Shown here piece after piece: positions 38,897 through 64,000 of a stretch of 64,000 bases of DNA (the stretch's first letter is position 1; each line of letters begins with the position of its first letter). The DNA lies in the NCBI GenBank assembly GCA_030141605.1, contig JAQGDQ010000028.1, positions 930,001 through 994,000 of the forward strand. Direction: 5' to 3'. Made by a program: the position numbers and the translations under genes. Below the pieces are notes generated by a model, which was not told the DNA's origin, did no database searches, and worked only from the letters and a program-made list of their open reading frames with translations. The DNA comes from Tubiluchus corallicola. Lineage: Eukaryota > Animalia > Priapulida.

Positions 38897-40419
38897 CTAC
38901 TAGCTGGATGACTGACAAGCATTTTTGCTTCTCCGCTTACACGTGCATAACTAGATATGAGGCCAACATTTGAAAAGATACCACAAGTGCCTCTCCCTGA
39001 ATACCTGCTTATTCTGACATTTGTTTTAATATAAATGATATACTCCTTTGAAGGACTTGAAAATTGTAGAAACTGCAGAAAATAATGTCAAGATGGCTCT
39101 CATCCACAGCTACTGTTCAGTGAGTGCCTCTGGAATCTTAAGCATGATGCAAAACTTTGAGATCAAGGTTGAAAGTATTTTACAGTAAAAAACAGTTTAG
39201 AGCCTTTTTACAATATTATTTATATTTCTTGTTGGTTTAAAAGTCATTTTTATTGTTTTGATTGGTTTTGAACTAGTTATTGTTCGTGTCTGGTCGCAAA
39301 TTGTAACACTTGTTTTTAAGTGCTTAATTGTTTGAAAAGAACGAATGTGTTAAAAAGTTTTGAATAAGCTTTGTTAATTTGATTGCATGCATCATTCTGA
39401 AAATTAATTTTTGATGATTATTACATATATAAGTTACTGAGTACTTGATTGTTATTTTTATTAATTGACTTGCAGAGACATGAGTTTGTCAAAATACAAG
39501 TGAATTGCATAACTACTGTAGCTGTGATCATCGAAATTTAAACTTATTTTACTTATTAAACAATTGTAATTGTTTGTTAGTCATTTGTGAGTACTGTTTG
39601 ACTTTTGTTTTGCAGAGTTTTAGCTGTTAGTCCAATTAATTTAATGTACCTGTTTTTTTCTTTACACAAAAAGTGCTTTGCAGCACTCCAAACTAGACAA
39701 CGCACAAATTTGGAATCAATTGATGCAAAAATAATTATTTTAAATTATGTAGTTGTGTTGTGTTGAACATGCTAAGAAAGGAACTTTTTATTACCATTAT
39801 CATTACAATCTATAGTCTCAAGAATGAGTCTCTTAAGTGTATGTTGTGATCACTGTTTATTTGTAACATTTTAAGTTTTCTGTCCTATAAGTTATAAGGT
39901 TCGTAATTTATACTTTTTGGTTTGTAAATAAAAACCATTGTCATTTTAGAAATAAAACTATTACATGACTAGAATACTGCTACAGATGTACTTATAGCCT
40001 TATCAACCTGTGCTTTTTAGCTTTTTTGTAATCGACTGTTCGAACAAGACTTACAAACCACTGTGCTCTCATACCCAAAACATGAATAATGTGCCAGTAA
40101 TTACCATTCTACATAATAGATGGCGCCACCAACTCACCAGGTTTGTATTACATGTACTGTGAAATTGAGGTAAAACAATTTTATTACTTAAAAGTAATCA
40201 TCTTGCAATATGATGCTTTTCAACAAAGTTAATGGAAAACGAGTGTTTTATTAAAACAACAAGAATAAATAATAGTTTTACTTAGAATGATTAAAACATT
40301 TTTTCAGGCTGAGACCATCTTTGTCTGCCTGCTCCTGTTAAATTCAAATGGCTAGGTTGAAATAAAAAAAGCTGTTGTGAAATTAAATGTTCTTAATGAC
40401 TTATAATAAGCTATACTTG

Positions 40420-40612
40420 ATTTTATTTGATTGATCCGATTTAATTGATGCGGATTGGACTGAGAGGACATCAGCTAGGGTGTATTGAATCAGATCAGAT
40501 TAAATTCATTGGATTTCGTAAGATTACACTGGATTCGACTGGACTAGATTATCTTACATTGGAATGGGTTAGATGATCTAGATCTGATTAGATTAAAACA
40601 GATTAGATGAGA
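40420..40612. repeat. Degenerate pentanucleotide (GATTA/GATTG/GATCA)n satellite
   Basis: 5-bp periodic GAT/GAC motifs between KIZ and MARK. Confidence 0.7.
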
Positions 40613-40984
40613 ATTTTCTCTGATTATTAATATTATAAGTCAAAGTAAAGATATATGTTTACCTCCAATACGCCATTTATTGACGTAAATAATCCATATT
40701 TACCATATTTACAATTCTTCCACATTTTAGTAGTAATTCATATACTTGTATAAAATTTTTTACACTAGGAACATTTACAATAATATGCAGGAAGATCGTT
40801 TCATAGACGTACATCTTTATGGATGGAGAAATATTTTTGTCAAGTTATATCTATTGTAATTGTAATTTACGCTTTTATGCATGTTTCTAAGTTTTAGTGT
40901 TTCTCTATGCTACTATACAAATTTTTAGAGAACAATAAAGGAATCAGCTGTTAATTTGATGTTTAATAATGACGTATATTGAGT

Positions 40985-41170
40985 TGACCAATCAGAACAT
41001 CCAACACAAATACATTGAACAGGTTTTATTGCCGCCATCTTGAATTTGAAAAGGCGAGTCTACTTTTTTTGTGTGGGGCAATTTTCCAAAATTTTAACAA
41101 CAAATCACTGTTTGTGGTTGCAAATGATTGTGTTTTATATAACACATTACGTTATGGGTTGCTTTTTGTT
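40985..41170 (+). promoter_or_regulatory. Probable MARK core promoter and non-coding first exon
   Basis: CCAAT box (TGACCAATCAG, CCAAT at 40988), YY1-type GCCGCCATCTTG at 41031-41042 and a GTAAGT donor at 41171. The next acceptor at 42163 leads to the first coding exon. Confidence 0.6.
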
Positions 41171-42360
41171 GTAAGTAAATATTTGTGCTGGTTATAGTAT
41201 AATTCACAAAATTTGTGCTTGAAAGAAGTGCCTTAGAACAGAAATTTGAGAAAATAAAATTTTCGAGAGTGTCTGCAATGCTGCTGTTTACTGTTTATAG
41301 TACATTACTGGTGCAGTTCTGTTGTGCGTTCGGCTTTTGCCTCTTATTACTCTGATTAACCTTATTGAAACATTTTATTCCAAAGTTCGAAAAAGAACTA
41401 TAATTACAATAGCCTGCCTTTATTTAAGTTGCATGTTTGAAGATGGGCCTATTACAGGCTCAAGAATTTTTAATGTAGAACAAATGAGGAAGTTTTATCT
41501 TTGCTAGTATTTTAACAGAGTTTCTATGTGCACTATCTAAAACATATGCTGCATAGACATAGACGTAGACATTTTATCTGCAGACAATCTTAATCAGAAT
41601 TTTGTGTTACTTTTCACTTTCTAGTTCAGTTGTTAGTGTTAAATTTTTAAGTCACCTTATATTTTTTCAAAATACATTTGAACTTGATAATATGAATAGA
41701 AAGGGTAACGATTTTTCCAGAAATTGTTATGTGCTAAAAGAATGACAGATATGATGATATTCGAATTTCATTTTTATGTAGATTTCGATTACCTTGCATC
41801 TGGTTTATACTAAACACTGAATTATGTATGAATATTTGTACTGATCTTTAGTCTGTATTGCTCTGTGTATTTTAAGTGGTGCAGTTTATGTGGAACGCAT
41901 AAAGGAAAAATTACTGCGTGTAAGTTTTAAAGATGATGCTTGCTGATTCCTGTTGAAACTTGCTTTGTAGTTTTTCTATAAACTGCCAGTAGCTTACAGT
42001 GTGTTTGTCCACATAGAAAACCATAAGAAAAATAAGTTTACATCCAGAGATATGTGCTGTGTGTAATTCGTACCTTATCAGTTTAATTTAATTTCAGAAA
42101 TATGTAGTTTTTTGTAGTTGGTGTTTATAGCTTATTTTTTAATTACCAATTAATTTTTTGCAGATTGGAGTGATTGTAGGCCTGCTGATGTAGAGATCTG
42201 GGGGAGAGTGCAAGTCTTTGATAAGGCTAGTGACTAAGTACATAGGAAAGCACAATGTTGCACTTTTATGTGAAGTTGTGAACTTTGAAGAAATTTTTGC
42301 CCATTGTGTTAAATAGATGCCGTGCAGAGTGTTTAGTTTATGTTAATAATCTGCAGCATA

Positions 42361-62900
<20,540 letters not shown>

Positions 62901-63205
62901 TAAATAACACCTCTTTTGTCTAAGCTTTAATTAGTTTTAGATAAGTACCTATTAATTTCCTGCCAAGCTTTAAATGAATGATAAGCCAGCAGATCAATGC
63001 GTCATTTCTTACACGTGTGAGATGTCTCTTCAATGGAGATAGTTGTTGTCTGGGCATGAATAAAATATCACATCGTTTTCTCCATGGAAGGCTCCTTATT
63101 AAGTTTTTTCCTGCAACTGTTTGTTGTTTCTGATATAAATCCACTTTGTGTCATTCATGTGAAGATGTGTGTGTGTGGGTGTGTGTTTGTGAGGCTGCAG
63201 GCGTG

Positions 63206-63207
<2 letters not shown>

Positions 63208-63246
<39 letters not shown>
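63208..63246. repeat. (TA)n microsatellite at a Tc1/mariner insertion end
   Basis: Directly visible; abuts TCAGGTGG. Confidence 0.95.
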
Positions 63247-63249
<3 letters not shown>

Positions 63250-63667
63250 GTGGCACAAAAAATGTGCCGAAGTTTTGATCACTATATTATAAAAAGAAAA
63301 TAACAGAATCACTTCAGTGTTACCACATTGACAGTTACTACAGACAGTTGCATATAAACGTGAAAAATTTTAGGTCGTTCTCTTAGGTTTTACCAAAGAT
63401 ACAGAAGTCTCAAAACAACAAGTTGAAGAAGTAAATGCGGAGAAAAAACTTTTTGTCATTATTGTTGAAATTTAAAGAAAGTGCTGTATGTGTTCACCAT
63501 TTTCAATGCAAACTAGATGAAGTCGTTTCTTCCAACAGCCGAGACTGTTTCTCACTTCTTTAAGGGGTATTTGGCACTCAATAGTTTTAATTCCTCTGCA
63601 TCAAACGGTTCTGTGCGACCATCCCTAATGGTATTCCAGATACTGTAGTCCAGATGATTAAGTACCA
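63246..63667 (-). mobile_element. Tc1/mariner-superfamily transposon fossil (3' TIR plus C-terminal transposase fragment)
   Basis: The minus strand of 63472-63665 reads LNHLDYSIWNT..EELK / QIPLKEVRNSLGCWKKRLHLVCIENGEHIQHFL*, matching the (SPD)LNPLDYxIW...WxxRL..GGHIE end of Tc1/mariner transposases. The terminus follows a TA run. Confidence 0.85.
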
Positions 63668-64000
63668 TTTTTTATTACTTATTGATAACAAATTATTATC
63701 AGTTCTTTTTCTTTTGCAGCGATGACTATTACGTAAACTGATTGATTTAGTGTTTTACTGGCACGTATTAAGTGCTTTATATCTCAACTTGGTTGTTTTA
63801 ATTGATGATTTTGCTTATGTTGTTTTGGCATTTGAATTTTTAATATGAAAAAGCTTTTCGACCATAACATAAAACCACTAAAGTTACAAACTGTGGTTTT
63901 CGCAGCCAATAGCTAATGTGTTGTAATATCATGCCTTGAAATTTCAATTTTATTGCAGTCTATAAACTTCTGCACTACCCGTTATGTACATCTACATACA

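Overview
AT-rich, intron-rich animal genomic DNA; the gene and repeat content suggests a bilaterian invertebrate, but the taxon cannot be determined from the sequence. Five spliced protein-coding genes were reconstructed by hand with phase-consistent GT-AG junctions. They are: the 3' six exons of an L-lactate dehydrogenase (+), NUDT22 (-, 3 exons), NMNAT (+, whole catalytic domain in one exon), a greatly expanded kizuna/KIZ homologue (+, 13 coding exons, ~1119 aa) and the 5' part of a MARK/Par-1 kinase (+). Introns and intergenic DNA hold CR1-type LINE and Tc1/mariner fossils, tRNA-derived SINE heads, several MITE/foldback elements and microsatellites. The best lead is NMNAT, which appears to have modular ends: an in-frame upstream exon adding 71 aa, and alternative C-termini ending CCTTS* (CaaX-like) or CTQV* (PDZ-ligand-like), plus a possible splice into the first KIZ exon. 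Also notable are a Lys-rich candidate alternative first exon of MARK and a young TG...CA element with 38-bp perfect TIRs and a 5-bp TSD just upstream of NUDT22. No CRISPR, rRNA or intact tRNA was seen. All isoform claims are sequence-based inferences that need RNA evidence.
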